Part shown: positions 47,763 to 58,430 of the stretch, piece after piece
Numbering within the stretch: position 1 is the stretch's first letter
How the letters are laid out: each line of letters starts with the position of its first letter
From: Marinicrinis sediminis
Lineage (GTDB): Bacteria; Bacillota; Bacilli; Paenibacillales; KCTC-33676
DNA: 64,000 nucleotides
Assembly (NCBI RefSeq): GCF_042685085.1
Contig: NZ_JBHUMM010000007.1
Span: 177,846-241,845 of the forward strand
Reading direction: 5' to 3'
The notes under the pieces: model-generated
What the model was told of the DNA's origin: nothing
Database searches by the model: none
What the model saw: only the letters and a program-made list of their open reading frames with translations
Program-made: the position numbers and the translations under genes

Positions 47763-50700
47763 TTAGTTATGGTTAGATATTAATCCAGTCACATTATTTA
47801 AATTCTCGATTGATAAAAAAGGTACTTGCCCAAATATTAACCCACTTTCCCCTTGAAGCCTTGCAGCCAAATGTCCCTTTCCGAGTAGCTTCTCCGCACC
47901 TTTTTCCCCAAGGGAAATCTCAGAGGTTCCTACGCTCTCAACCCGCAGGATTAGTCGATTACCTAAGTTATCCCTCAATTGGACCGGTAAAACATTTGCA
48001 TCTGGCCGTTGAGCTGCAAAGATCAAATGAATTCCTGCCGCACGTGCCTTTACCCCGAGCCGCTGTACGATGGAAGAAACAGCACTCTTGTATTCATCGA
48101 CAAGCATCCATTCAGCGAATTCATCGTGTATTAAAAATATTAGGGGAAGCTTCTCAGCATCAGCCACCTTAGAATTATAATCCTTTAAGTTGTTTACTTT
48201 GAACTCTTTAAACTTAAGGTACCTATCGTTCATTTCACCGACAAGATCCTCTAGTATCTGGGTTGCTTTATTCTGGTCATCGATAATACCTTCAACAAGA
48301 TGTGGTATATCCTCAAGATGCATATAATCGACACCATATTTAGGGTCAATTAAGTAAATATGCGCCAGATTCTTGCTATTCGTTACGCAGATATCAAGTA
48401 TTAGATTTTGTAGTAAGACGGATTTTCCACTTCCGGTAGCACCCGCAATAAGTGTATGTGGAGCATGCTGAGCCCCGCCTTCGAACTCGCCACCTAAATT
48501 TAGATAGAGCAGTTCCCCATCGATTTCTTTGACACCGATAACAAAGCTCATGTTTAACCCAGATGCATTGTTTTGGACCTTCCTTACCTTCCATACATCT
48601 GCTAATGATATGCTCTGCCTATGCGGGCGTGCTAAGGAAACAATTATTTCTCCAGGCCGAGCCATGATGTTTATGACATCAAGAGCATGTGTCGTAAGAA
48701 GGATGGATCTCCTCTTATCGATATCATCAACTTTTAACTGGTCCGATCCCTTAAGCCTTATGACAACAGCATTAGGCGTCAATCGATGGCCAATTACTTT
48801 CGCCTGCAAGTTATAGCTAATCAAAGCCATTCTGAGTTTATTTACTATTTCACTAACCCACGATTGATCTTCACTGGTTTCTTCAGTACTTTGAGCATTC
48901 TGTAATATCCACGTTGCTAACTGAGCATTCGCCCAAGGAATTTCACCGCTCATTTTGACGATGGCTTCCATTCCCTCTGGGTCTACCGATTCTGTTGCTT
49001 TCCCCTTGTTCAAGGGATCAGCTCCCTCATTCTCTCCTTGAGTTTCATCTCTCACAAAGTTCAACTCAATTTGATCGTCATCGGAATTATTAGGGGTATT
49101 ACTTTGTCCCGTAGCAAGTCCATTATTGCTCGCAGCAACAAAATTAATTCTTGGAGCGGGTAATGTAGCATCGCTTAATTCCCATGGCTTACTATCATCA
49201 AGCTTCTCTCTGATTTCGATGATGGATTTTCCCTGATGATAGGCTAAGACTAATTCTCTCACAAGATCCCTAGTAAAAACTTCCTGATGAGAATTCTTAG
49301 CATTTGTAATAGGATTTCTTTCACTGTCTAAAGATGTATCGGGAAACGTTGATATAAATACATGGGAATATCCCTTAATTTCAATTGGAATTTCCCCTGC
49401 CCGAATCCCCTCTCGCAACTCTTCAACAGTGAACGGAGAATTCGGGGCTAATTCAATACCATCATTTAACATATCACTAAATCTAGATAGCCATAGGTCA
49501 CGGTCAAGTCTACCAGGATCGCCAAAAAGTGCATTATGCATTCTCGAGACGGTATCGCGCAGCTGCTTTGAAGAATTCTTTCTCGCCTCGGACACACCTT
49601 TGGCATCAACATACTTAGCTTCAGAAACAAATACTTGTAGACGCGGCTTGTTTTCAACCATTTTGGGTGCAAGCGCTAATATATCTGCGATCTGCTCTTC
49701 CTTTTGTCCAAGCCAACTTGCGTAATCATCAAGGAAAAACCACCCTACAGCCTGTTCTGTTTCCATCTCGGATTGAAGGATCATCTTACTTAGTACAACA
49801 CCTATCAATTCACCAGCAAACACACCGCGTTTCGCAGCACGAAGAACGATGTCGCCTGATATTGCATTGGCATCCTCAATATACCGCTCCGTTAGCTGCA
49901 CTAATTCCGATTCAGATAATCCCAGACCTAAAGCATTCAACCTTCTTTTGACGAGGACATGTAACAAATTTAATTGAGATTTAGACGAAACAACAACGTT
50001 TGAGCCATGGGACTTATTGTGTTGGTACTTTATCACCTTTACCCCAAGGTTCCTAAGTTGTCTACGTTCTAACAATTCATCATAGTTGACTACCCACTCG
50101 CCGAGCTTGTGTGCCTCATCAAAAATGGCCTTCACTTTGTCATTCTGGAACGAAATTTGTCTTGCTGGTAAATAAAAAGCACCTGGGTTAACGTCTTTCC
50201 CCTTAACAACTGAATAAACGGACGTTAAGTAAGCCCAACCCACAGAAGGTTGACTTGGGCATGTCAAGTACACAGTAGATTTAAGTTCGTCCTTCGCCGT
50301 CGATCTTCTTTTAGCCCACCGCGGAGGATAATGGTTAAGCAATTCTGGCATCTGCCTCACTTGAACCTCATCCCATTCAAGATTGGCTTGCCTCGAGATG
50401 ACATCTTGTAAAAATACAATATCAGCTAGTTTTCCCTCTTTGGGGTCAGTTACAGTAGCCTCATGCGCCATCACTCCTACTCGAAGGCGTGCCATAAAAT
50501 CACGGGTGACCTCACTCGCAACAAAGGAGTCGGCGTCGCTATCTGCACTCTCTATCATCTTCATATATAATTCATTCAACTTATTCGTATCACGATGCCT
50601 TAGAATCACCTGACAGCGAATTTCATCTTCAATTTCATGCATTGCTGCTAGCGAGTTTACAATTGTCTCCGGAAGTCTAGTGGAATCACAGTTGTACAAA

Positions 50701-53105
50701 ACAAGGCTTAAGTTCGTTTTTTCATGAGGTTGAAGATCCAAATAACGTTCTACCAGACTGAGAAGTTTACTACTTGCTTCTTTCGGGTCTTCATTCGTCT
50801 GCACTTCTTCTTCAGTACGTACCGGACTTTCCATTAAGGTGTAATCATTCTTAGCATCTGTAATTGAAAGAAGCACCGGTTCAAGCCCCTTATACCCTAT
50901 AGCAACTTCTGGATAGTATGGGCTTACTATTTCTTCTTTGAGATCCGTAAAGAACAAACGCTGATCGCCAAAATCAATTTGGTCCGATGTTAATAGATAG
51001 TTTATTAAACCAATGACTTGTCTCGCCTTAACTACCTTTGCCGCCATTCGCATGGGGTGCCAAGGAGTCACAATAGTCATGGGTTTATTCTTTTCTCCAT
51101 CTACCCTGACATTCCCGATATCCATAACAGGCTGGGCAATCTGGACTCTATTCATATCGCCCAAGGCATGCTCTTGGAGAACTCGTAAAAACTTATCGTA
51201 CAGCTCGCTTTGTTCAATCATTGAATCTGAACTGATTCCATCTATTAGCCAATCATTGATAGATTGTTTATATTTAGTTGAAAAATTAGCCCATGCTTCT
51301 TTTAGAGTTTCATAGTCGTTCTGAGTTAGTCTTGCATCCTCAAGCAACTTCTTCAGATTATTTAAGACTGTTTTCTGTAAATCAGTGGTTTTTGCATAGA
51401 CACCGACTAGAGACCCTCTATCTTGTCCGAATACTGCTTGGATTGTACCGACATCGCTCAATGATAATCCCTGTAGCTTACCTTTCTTACTAACAGGATT
51501 TTGTGAAACACTGGAGTAAGAGAAAGGGTTATCAGCAAGTCTCCTTAAATCATCATGAAGTTCTAGTCCAATCTCATTAGGATTACCTTGCCATACCAGT
51601 TTCACTTCATTTTTTTGCTTTGACCCCTGTAAATCAAGGTAACTAAGCTCGATATAGAATGCGATTTGAATGGCCGCTTTGGCCGTTGATGTATTCTTTT
51701 TGAAGCCTTTCTTCTGTCTAGATTCTAATACTAACTGATCGTATTTAAACAAATGGTAAGTTTCCCAGTTTACTTGCCAATTGGTTAACTTCTCAAGCCC
51801 CCTGTAAGCATTACAGAAAGCTAGCCCCACATCTTCATTTATATCCAACCAAGCTTTTTTACTAGTGGTCTTCTGAGTGCGAATCCTAAGAGTCTTCTTT
51901 CCAATGAAACTATCACATTGGGCAAATAGACGCTCTGTTGCCTCTAATAAACCAACCAAAAAGTCTGTGCATTCAATTGCCTTACCATAAACAAAACGAT
52001 CCCACTCTGCTTTAAGAGCCTTCTCTGTCTCTAGATTGTGACGGTGCTTGTCGTAAAATTCTTTATCTTCTTCCGTGGCTTCCTTTGCTTTCTTCTTTTT
52101 AAAGAGTTCATTTAAATTATCAAGATAGATAATTTCCTCATCCATTAGAGTATCTGGAAACTCGTCATCAAATAACTGCCTAGTTTTTTCTGCTAGGTTT
52201 ATTTTCATTGGCTTCAATTCAAAAAATAGAAGGTTGACTTTATCTGTTTCCCATTCTAGTTCTGAAAGATTATCCGAAGCCGTGGACCAACTCACATTGG
52301 ATTCAATGAACAATTCCATGATTGGCTGAACAGAAGGATCAATTTGACTTTTCACTTTATCGTAAGAATCCCGAATTTCATTGTTTTCAATGATTTGACG
52401 ATTCGGATGCTGCTTATATAGATAACAAGCACGTTTATTATATGCATCTGTAAAAAACTTCTTCCATTTGCTTGCATGGCCCAAAGCATTCTCTGGGATT
52501 CCATCAAAAAAATAAGAATCACGTGGAATGCGAAGTGCTGGTAGCGCCCAGCCAAGTGCTCTAACAACCGGAATACCATTCTCTGCAATTGTTTCACGCA
52601 CTTTAACAGTAAATTCACTGAACTCTTCAAGGCTGCATTCATTTGCCTCTTGCAAACCTTTTAACGCTTGCTGCCAATGTCTTTTTTGATCATCACTTAG
52701 AGGAAGATCACTACTAGCCACTTGAACCCATATATCAGGTTGACTTTTCAGATCCGCTGCACCAACCCTTGCGATATCTCTTAACGATTGTCCTTGATCA
52801 TCATTCGTGTTCGCCAGTAAGATAGCGGGCTTATCACAAGAAGCATTCCTCCAATATGTTGTCTTTTCATCAGTAACCATATCAGAAGATAGCCCGCCTC
52901 CCTCAACTAATTTCCGAGGAACCTTAATGACCATTGTGGAAACTAACGTCGTATCTTGGCTTATCGTTTTACATATATAAGTGACCTGATCCCCAGTAAG
53001 ACGATCCAATAAAAAACGGGCAATCCCCTCCTCAGACTGGCTATTCTGTAATTGCCGACGAAGATATTCAGTTGCTACCCTTCCTATTAACTCTAGTTGA
53101 TTCAT
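47763..53105 (-). CDS. Giant (~1780 aa) protein with C-terminal FtsK/HerA-like P-loop ATPase; DndH/DptH-like by size and position
   Basis: The track ORF starts at 53153. The start at 53105 (MNQLELIGR...) gives an ATGA overlap with the upstream gene. The C-terminal FtsK-like Walker A is LIAGATGSGKSVLLQNLILDIC, with Walker B LIFLIHDEFAE. The ~1300-aa N-terminal region has no recognisable motifs. Confidence 0.65.
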   Translation of the reverse strand: MNQLELIGRVATEYLRRQLQNSQSEEGIARFLLDRLTGDQVTYICKTISQDTTLVSTMVIKVPRKLVEGGGLSSDMVTDEKTTYWRNASCDKPAILLANTNDDQGQSLRDIARVGAADLKSQPDIWVQVASSDLPLSDDQKRHWQQALKGLQEANECSLEEFSEFTVKVRETIAENGIPVVRALGWALPALRIPRDSYFFDGIPENALGHASKWKKFFTDAYNKRACYLYKQHPNRQIIENNEIRDSYDKVKSQIDPSVQPIMELFIESNVSWSTASDNLSELEWETDKVNLLFFELKPMKINLAEKTRQLFDDEFPDTLMDEEIIYLDNLNELFKKKKAKEATEEDKEFYDKHRHNLETEKALKAEWDRFVYGKAIECTDFLVGLLEATERLFAQCDSFIGKKTLRIRTQKTTSKKAWLDINEDVGLAFCNAYRGLEKLTNWQVNWETYHLFKYDQLVLESRQKKGFKKNTSTAKAAIQIAFYIELSYLDLQGSKQKNEVKLVWQGNPNEIGLELHDDLRRLADNPFSYSSVSQNPVSKKGKLQGLSLSDVGTIQAVFGQDRGSLVGVYAKTTDLQKTVLNNLKKLLEDARLTQNDYETLKEAWANFSTKYKQSINDWLIDGISSDSMIEQSELYDKFLRVLQEHALGDMNRVQIAQPVMDIGNVRVDGEKNKPMTIVTPWHPMRMAAKVVKARQVIGLINYLLTSDQIDFGDQRLFFTDLKEEIVSPYYPEVAIGYKGLEPVLLSITDAKNDYTLMESPVRTEEEVQTNEDPKEASSKLLSLVERYLDLQPHEKTNLSLVLYNCDSTRLPETIVNSLAAMHEIEDEIRCQVILRHRDTNKLNELYMKMIESADSDADSFVASEVTRDFMARLRVGVMAHEATVTDPKEGKLADIVFLQDVISRQANLEWDEVQVRQMPELLNHYPPRWAKRRSTAKDELKSTVYLTCPSQPSVGWAYLTSVYSVVKGKDVNPGAFYLPARQISFQNDKVKAIFDEAHKLGEWVVNYDELLERRQLRNLGVKVIKYQHNKSHGSNVVVSSKSQLNLLHVLVKRRLNALGLGLSESELVQLTERYIEDANAISGDIVLRAAKRGVFAGELIGVVLSKMILQSEMETEQAVGWFFLDDYASWLGQKEEQIADILALAPKMVENKPRLQVFVSEAKYVDAKGVSEARKNSSKQLRDTVSRMHNALFGDPGRLDRDLWLSRFSDMLNDGIELAPNSPFTVEELREGIRAGEIPIEIKGYSHVFISTFPDTSLDSERNPITNAKNSHQEVFTRDLVRELVLAYHQGKSIIEIREKLDDSKPWELSDATLPAPRINFVAASNNGLATGQSNTPNNSDDDQIELNFVRDETQGENEGADPLNKGKATESVDPEGMEAIVKMSGEIPWANAQLATWILQNAQSTEETSEDQSWVSEIVNKLRMALISYNLQAKVIGHRLTPNAVVIRLKGSDQLKVDDIDKRRSILLTTHALDVINIMARPGEIIVSLARPHRQSISLADVWKVRKVQNNASGLNMSFVIGVKEIDGELLYLNLGGEFEGGAQHAPHTLIAGATGSGKSVLLQNLILDICVTNSKNLAHIYLIDPKYGVDYMHLEDIPHLVEGIIDDQNKATQILEDLVGEMNDRYLKFKEFKVNNLKDYNSKVADAEKLPLIFLIHDEFAEWMLVDEYKSAVSSIVQRLGVKARAAGIHLIFAAQRPDANVLPVQLRDNLGNRLILRVESVGTSEISLGEKGAEKLLGKGHLAARLQGESGLIFGQVPFLSIENLNNVTGLISNHN

Positions 53106-54646
53106 GATAAAGTTTCCTCCTGAATCCCAAAGGGATTTTCTACATATGCACATGCATCAGATAATCTACGTAGTAACCCCATACTTGCCAATCTTTGCTC
53201 AAGGCGCCTTGCATTATCTGAGAATGCTTCTAAATCTGCTCTTCCTGCCTCCGTCAATTCTAGAGCCTGTTTATCTCCTATAATAAAGCCGTATTTCTCA
53301 TATAGTTTGTCTAAGAAGTCTTGGAATTCCATTCTTTCCGGAACAACGCACAATACTAAAGATTTCAAAAGCATGTCTTGAGGAGCATAGCGAAGTCTAC
53401 GAGCGCCTCTTCTTGACGAAAGGCCAATTTCCTTTCCCCAAACACCGTGAAACTTATCTACGTGCTGCTTATGTCTATTCATTGCTGCATTAACAAACTT
53501 ATTAATTAAATCATCCGGTGAATTTGCTGATTCTGCTTCACTCTCTTTGTTATCTCTTGGCCAAGCATATTCATGTTGTAGTAATGCTATTGCCTCATGT
53601 ATGTCCGTAACTTGTTTCCATGCCTCAGTGTTAACAACCTGTCTAATATATGCCTCTACTGCTCTCCGAGACATATTGTTGTGCTCAATAAAAGATCCAG
53701 AAGAAAGATCCCTGATAATTGTCTTCTTTGGAGAAACAATTTCTAATATAAAGGTTAATTTATTCGTATCACCTAAAATGAACTTTGCTCGATTTAAACT
53801 GTACATGAGCAAATGAAGTCCGGTCATGTTCACTAGATGCGGGATGACATCGTAATTCGGAATATTACTTTTTAACAATCGCAACCAATCATCTGCAAGC
53901 AGTTTGTAGTCATTCAACTTTTGGTAAGGCAAATAAACACCTGTTCGAATAGGGGATGAGCTTAGAGCGTCTTTCGGTTCTAGTGCTGCAACTAAACGAT
54001 TAAACTTATTCAATGGATTTAAAACACTCTTCTGAAGACTTGAGATTATCTGACTTCCTTTGCCGCTTCTAGTCAACATTAAATATAACAATTCACCTGT
54101 TCTACCAAAAAACCTTCGGTCATTAGTAAAGCCATTATCTTTCACTTTAAGGTCTTCATACAAACAGTCCGGACCGTATGGAAAAATAAATTGTGAACTC
54201 CAACGTTTATTATTCTCCCCCTCTATTGTCGTTTCTCGAAGAAACTGAACTACTGACGCAAAATCAACAAAATTCGCAAATCGCCCCTCTAAATAGTTGA
54301 AGTCTGCATTGATGATACCCGCTTGTCCCTTGCCCATAACTTCGTACCACTGCAGCCAAGCTTCTTTATCATCGTATCTATACTTACTTGATATAAGTGT
54401 TAATTGTGGGTTGTTAAATAAGATGTTTCTTAGATAAAGTCTTGACTTGGGTGAATAGGCCAGTTTATTAGGTTCCGTTTCACTAAATGCCCTGCCTTCT
54501 TCAAATTCAGACTGAAGAACATTTAAAAATTCCATAAAACAAAGCCATGGTGTTTGCTCATCATACAACCTGTGCCCCCAAATAGCCTCATCAACCCACA
54601 TGTCTGCGTCAATCTTTGTCGGACGCGGAAGTCTTTCATTATTCAT
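53102..54646 (-). CDS. Hypothetical protein, DndG/DptG-like by position
   Basis: The ATG at 54646 (MNNERLPRP...) has a perfect GGAGGT RBS and an 8-nt overlap with the upstream gene. 514 aa, no obvious catalytic motif. Confidence 0.5.
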   Translation of the reverse strand: MNNERLPRPTKIDADMWVDEAIWGHRLYDEQTPWLCFMEFLNVLQSEFEEGRAFSETEPNKLAYSPKSRLYLRNILFNNPQLTLISSKYRYDDKEAWLQWYEVMGKGQAGIINADFNYLEGRFANFVDFASVVQFLRETTIEGENNKRWSSQFIFPYGPDCLYEDLKVKDNGFTNDRRFFGRTGELLYLMLTRSGKGSQIISSLQKSVLNPLNKFNRLVAALEPKDALSSSPIRTGVYLPYQKLNDYKLLADDWLRLLKSNIPNYDVIPHLVNMTGLHLLMYSLNRAKFILGDTNKLTFILEIVSPKKTIIRDLSSGSFIEHNNMSRRAVEAYIRQVVNTEAWKQVTDIHEAIALLQHEYAWPRDNKESEAESANSPDDLINKFVNAAMNRHKQHVDKFHGVWGKEIGLSSRRGARRLRYAPQDMLLKSLVLCVVPERMEFQDFLDKLYEKYGFIIGDKQALELTEAGRADLEAFSDNARRLEQRLASMGLLRRLSDACAYVENPFGIQEETLS

Positions 54647-56477
54647 CGTAGTTAACCTCCACGATTCTGTCGTCAATTAGACCATCTTGATTAAGACGAA
54701 TGATTCTAAAGGATAAATCACCTTCATCATCCGGATCTTCTTCATCTATTCTACGGCGTTTCTCTAGTTGTTTAAGGAGTTTGCTTTTAAAACCCAAGAT
54801 ATCTTCGTAACATTCCCTAGAAAAACTCCCCGGTAACGCACCCTCGGCTACCCGCGAAAGAAATTCATAGCGAACTAATTGTAGTGGCAATTCAACTGTA
54901 GTTACTGAAGTTGACAGTTTCACTTCAATTACAAGCTTGTCGTTTGCATTCATTCGTATTTGCATGCTTTCACCACGCTTTTTCGGTACAGAAATACTCT
55001 CCTCAAAAATTCTACTAACTTTAGCCTGAGAGTGACTTCCAGACGTAGCCAAGATTAATTCAGCGTTGTTCTTTGCTAGAAGTCCCGTAAAAATGCGGTT
55101 TAATCCTTGGGCAATACGCGAAGTAATTTGAGTGGCTACTTTACCATCTTTAGCAATTCTGTAAACGTTAGATAAAAATTCTCCAGCATATTGGAATGTT
55201 GTAAGATGCCAAAATTTAAGCTCATCCTCTTTTTCCCTAGGGATTACGAAAAACAGCCTTTGTCTTTGGGATCGAAGAGATTCTAAAAAGTTTTCACCAC
55301 TATCCATTAAACCCTCTAAGTATTCTTTTTGATTTGCACGAAAATTCTGATCAGCACCGTAGTATGTATCACTTAGCACAAGCTCTTCGTACAAAGGACG
55401 AAGCTCAGGGTCATCCTCACCAAAAATTAGAACGTTATCGATCGTATTGCTTGTCTCGTAACCTATTCCAAATTTACCAAGTGCAGCGAATACATCAGTA
55501 GACTCACGTCGCCTTTCCGTGAGGTTCTCACCCAAAACATTTCGGTAAATACTTGCGAAGAATGTTTTATTCTCCTCAGCTAATTTGGTAGCATCAGAAC
55601 AGGACATAAGTCGATCTTTAGCTTCTGGATGGCCAAGTAGCATATTTGATACTAATAGAAGTAATTGCCTTATTGGAAGGTGAAGACCATTTAATTCACA
55701 CAACTCCAAAAGATCAGTGACTCTTGATCGAATCAGTTGTCCATCTTTATTCCCTTCAAGACGATTTCGGTTCTCCCATATAGGACATATCTTGCCCGTT
55801 TGATCATTTTCTCTCAGAGAGCATTGATTACAATCATTCCACCCTGGATGCTGCAATACAACATCCACAATCTGAGGAAATAGTCTAGCTGCACTTATTT
55901 GACTTAAATTATATAATCTAAGATTGAATCCGCTCTTTTCTTTAATCTCAGTAACCAACAAATCTTCAATGCACTGTTTAACTAAAACAGTCTGTGAGTC
56001 AGTACCAATGTTCTTCCATGCCTCAATCAGCTGCCCGTCGTTTGCTGCAATTAAAAATACATTGTTATCATTTGGAGTAAGGACCGAGTTAACGAACTTA
56101 CTTAAAATGGCCCTCTCCTCATCCCTCAGCTCACTTAAATCTTTAATAACATATAGTTTCTTAGAATTGGGCAAATCCAATTCCTTTACCTTATCATCAC
56201 TCTGCCATACCTGTAGCGAACCGTTTAATGCTAACCAAACTTCTCTACAGTTATATGTCTTACCGTCCCCAGCCGTTCCCGTCAGTATTACAGATTTAGG
56301 ACTAGGAGATTTAAAATTTTCAAGTAGTTCCTCTAAATAAACCGAATCGACAATTATGGGTTGGATATTTTTCCGCTTTATGATTCTATGAATTGCTTCA
56401 TCATACATGTTATCGTTACGAGGAATTGGTCCATACTGTCGTAGAAAACTAATCCATTGCGATTGAACTGTAGTCAT
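54639..56477 (-). CDS. P-loop NTPase, DndF/DptF-like by position
   Basis: 612 aa. Walker A VILTGTAGDGKT. Walker-B-like LYVIKDLSE. CNQCSLRENDQTGKICP is a possible metal-binding cluster. Confidence 0.5.
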   Translation of the reverse strand: MTTVQSQWISFLRQYGPIPRNDNMYDEAIHRIIKRKNIQPIIVDSVYLEELLENFKSPSPKSVILTGTAGDGKTYNCREVWLALNGSLQVWQSDDKVKELDLPNSKKLYVIKDLSELRDEERAILSKFVNSVLTPNDNNVFLIAANDGQLIEAWKNIGTDSQTVLVKQCIEDLLVTEIKEKSGFNLRLYNLSQISAARLFPQIVDVVLQHPGWNDCNQCSLRENDQTGKICPIWENRNRLEGNKDGQLIRSRVTDLLELCELNGLHLPIRQLLLLVSNMLLGHPEAKDRLMSCSDATKLAEENKTFFASIYRNVLGENLTERRRESTDVFAALGKFGIGYETSNTIDNVLIFGEDDPELRPLYEELVLSDTYYGADQNFRANQKEYLEGLMDSGENFLESLRSQRQRLFFVIPREKEDELKFWHLTTFQYAGEFLSNVYRIAKDGKVATQITSRIAQGLNRIFTGLLAKNNAELILATSGSHSQAKVSRIFEESISVPKKRGESMQIRMNANDKLVIEVKLSTSVTTVELPLQLVRYEFLSRVAEGALPGSFSRECYEDILGFKSKLLKQLEKRRRIDEEDPDDEGDLSFRIIRLNQDGLIDDRIVEVNYDE

Positions 56478-56571
56478 TATGTACTACCACCTTTTCAGGA
56501 AATGGTCCCTCTGATTCATTCGACATCTTCCAACTATTTTCCTGTTTATTATCAATTTCAACATTTTATTG

Positions 56572-57471
56572 TTAATCAACATTAAGGAAACTATCACTAT
56601 TATTCGACAAATTAAGAATTAAGTGTGTGTATTTACTCATTACTAATTCATTATAAGCTACAGTATAAATTCTTGGGTCCGGAATACTGCACTCTACAAT
56701 ATGGTAATGGATCCCGCGGCACGAAGTTCTTATTTTTATGTATACAGGAACTATTTCAATGTTCTTTGGGACACTACTTGCAATCCCTAATACAGGATAC
56801 AGCAGCTTATGCTTAGCCAATGACTTATGACTAGTATCGCTTTTTGCTTCTAGAACAAATAACGTCTCCTTATTATTCCGTTTTTCTATAAACATAGCAT
56901 CTATTTCGACTTGACCTCTGTTGTGAATAAACACATCACTTATCGAACTATGTGGCCTAAATTCAAAGGTGTATGTCGAGTTACAACTTGCTGGTGGGAA
57001 TATCGGTTTTATATGATCTATACCAAGAGCATAACTTATTAAACCGGACGAGAATCCTAAATTAACATAAGACTTCTCAGTTAAAGATGGCAAAATAGAA
57101 AAGATCTTTAATTGCTCAACATTAACTGCAGGGACATACTCCGTTCCTACGGAATTAAAAATCATATCATCTATTAAGAAGAAATCATCGAGTTTATCCT
57201 GGACCTTTACTAATGCAAATTGAGTTCCCGAACCACCTTTCGTTTGCCCTAATCTCATTACCATTGCAGAATTACTTTTGATAGATTGATGTAATCGTTC
57301 ATACGAATCAATAGATATTGCGGCGGCCGCACCCATCTTGGGATATCCGTTACTTTTTAAGTAATCTATGAATGAAATTGGTCCAAAGGTAGCAACTGGC
57401 TTGTCCTTTATTGTGCTAAGGGCTGCTTCAAACACCTCACTGATTCCTTCCTGCTTGTCATTTTTCCTCAT
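56572..57471 (-). CDS. Hypothetical protein with a possible PD-(D/E)xK nuclease motif
   Basis: 299 aa. VEIDAMFIEKRNNKETLFVLEAKSD gives D...ExK spacing compatible with a restriction-endonuclease-like fold. Weak evidence. Confidence 0.4.
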   Translation of the reverse strand: MRKNDKQEGISEVFEAALSTIKDKPVATFGPISFIDYLKSNGYPKMGAAAAISIDSYERLHQSIKSNSAMVMRLGQTKGGSGTQFALVKVQDKLDDFFLIDDMIFNSVGTEYVPAVNVEQLKIFSILPSLTEKSYVNLGFSSGLISYALGIDHIKPIFPPASCNSTYTFEFRPHSSISDVFIHNRGQVEIDAMFIEKRNNKETLFVLEAKSDTSHKSLAKHKLLYPVLGIASSVPKNIEIVPVYIKIRTSCRGIHYHIVECSIPDPRIYTVAYNELVMSKYTHLILNLSNNSDSFLNVD

Positions 57472-57550
57472 GATTCCCCCTACTTTCTTACAAATATCTT
57501 AACAAAAACGCAAAATCGCCGGAATATCTCCGGCGAAAATGAAAGTTATT

Positions 57551-58426
57551 TTATGAAAATGAACACACACAAGGAATATCTGCATCTGCTTTGAATAAAA
57601 ACTTTTCAAAACCCTCCGCTTCCATCACTTGGCGAAACTGTTTCATCGTATAGGACCCACCGTTCTTTTTCAGAATCGAAACATCCTTTTGAAGGCTAGT
57701 CCTGAATCTCTCTTCCATCTCTTCTTGTTCACGATAACGTTCTGGCCATATTGCATATAGTAGAGCATAATGCTGGTAACCTCCACGCACACACCTTCCC
57801 GCACAGTTTGCGTGGGAAAATCCTTTAATCCCATTCCTTAAAGCAATCTGGGCATTTTCATTTCCTTCATCCGCTAGCTGTTCAGCAATATTATACATTC
57901 GAGGCAATTCAATACCCCATTCATCACGTATGATTCCCTTGGCGTCCAGATCCTCCCTGAACAAATCGATCAGTGGAAACCGAGTCTCAATTGTTTCTAA
58001 TGGAAAATGAGCATAAAAGTCCTTTAAGTTGTCAGCCCGATGCTTCTCATGAGGACCAATCCCAAAATACAAAATAGGCTCTAGGTTTCTCTCATTTCTT
58101 AATTCTTCTTCCAAAAAGATAATGGTTTGTCTCACTTTCAGCTCTTCCGAGCACTTGGCCAAACGTGCATTTCCCAGAAATCGCTCATCGTAAAACACTT
58201 CTTCAGGAGTTCTTCCATCAAGTCTTTCTGTAATTTCCAAACCAATATGATTTGAAACCTCCTCCATAAACCGGTAATTATCTTCATCTTCCCATAAAGT
58301 GTTTGTAAAAAACAAAATGCAGTTATCTTTCCCATACGTTTGCACCATATGGTAAGCAACATAAGCACTTCCAGCTCCACCGCTAAACATTGCTACATGT
58401 ACAACCTTTTTATCTTGGGTGCTCAT
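57551..58426 (-). CDS. PAPS-reductase-family PP-loop ATP pyrophosphatase (DndC/SspD/BrxP-like)
   Basis: 291 aa. PP-loop HVAMFSGGAGSAYVAY near the N-terminus. Confidence 0.7.
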   Translation of the reverse strand: MSTQDKKVVHVAMFSGGAGSAYVAYHMVQTYGKDNCILFFTNTLWEDEDNYRFMEEVSNHIGLEITERLDGRTPEEVFYDERFLGNARLAKCSEELKVRQTIIFLEEELRNERNLEPILYFGIGPHEKHRADNLKDFYAHFPLETIETRFPLIDLFREDLDAKGIIRDEWGIELPRMYNIAEQLADEGNENAQIALRNGIKGFSHANCAGRCVRGGYQHYALLYAIWPERYREQEEMEERFRTSLQKDVSILKKNGGSYTMKQFRQVMEAEGFEKFLFKADADIPCVCSFS

Positions 58427-58430
58427 CTAA

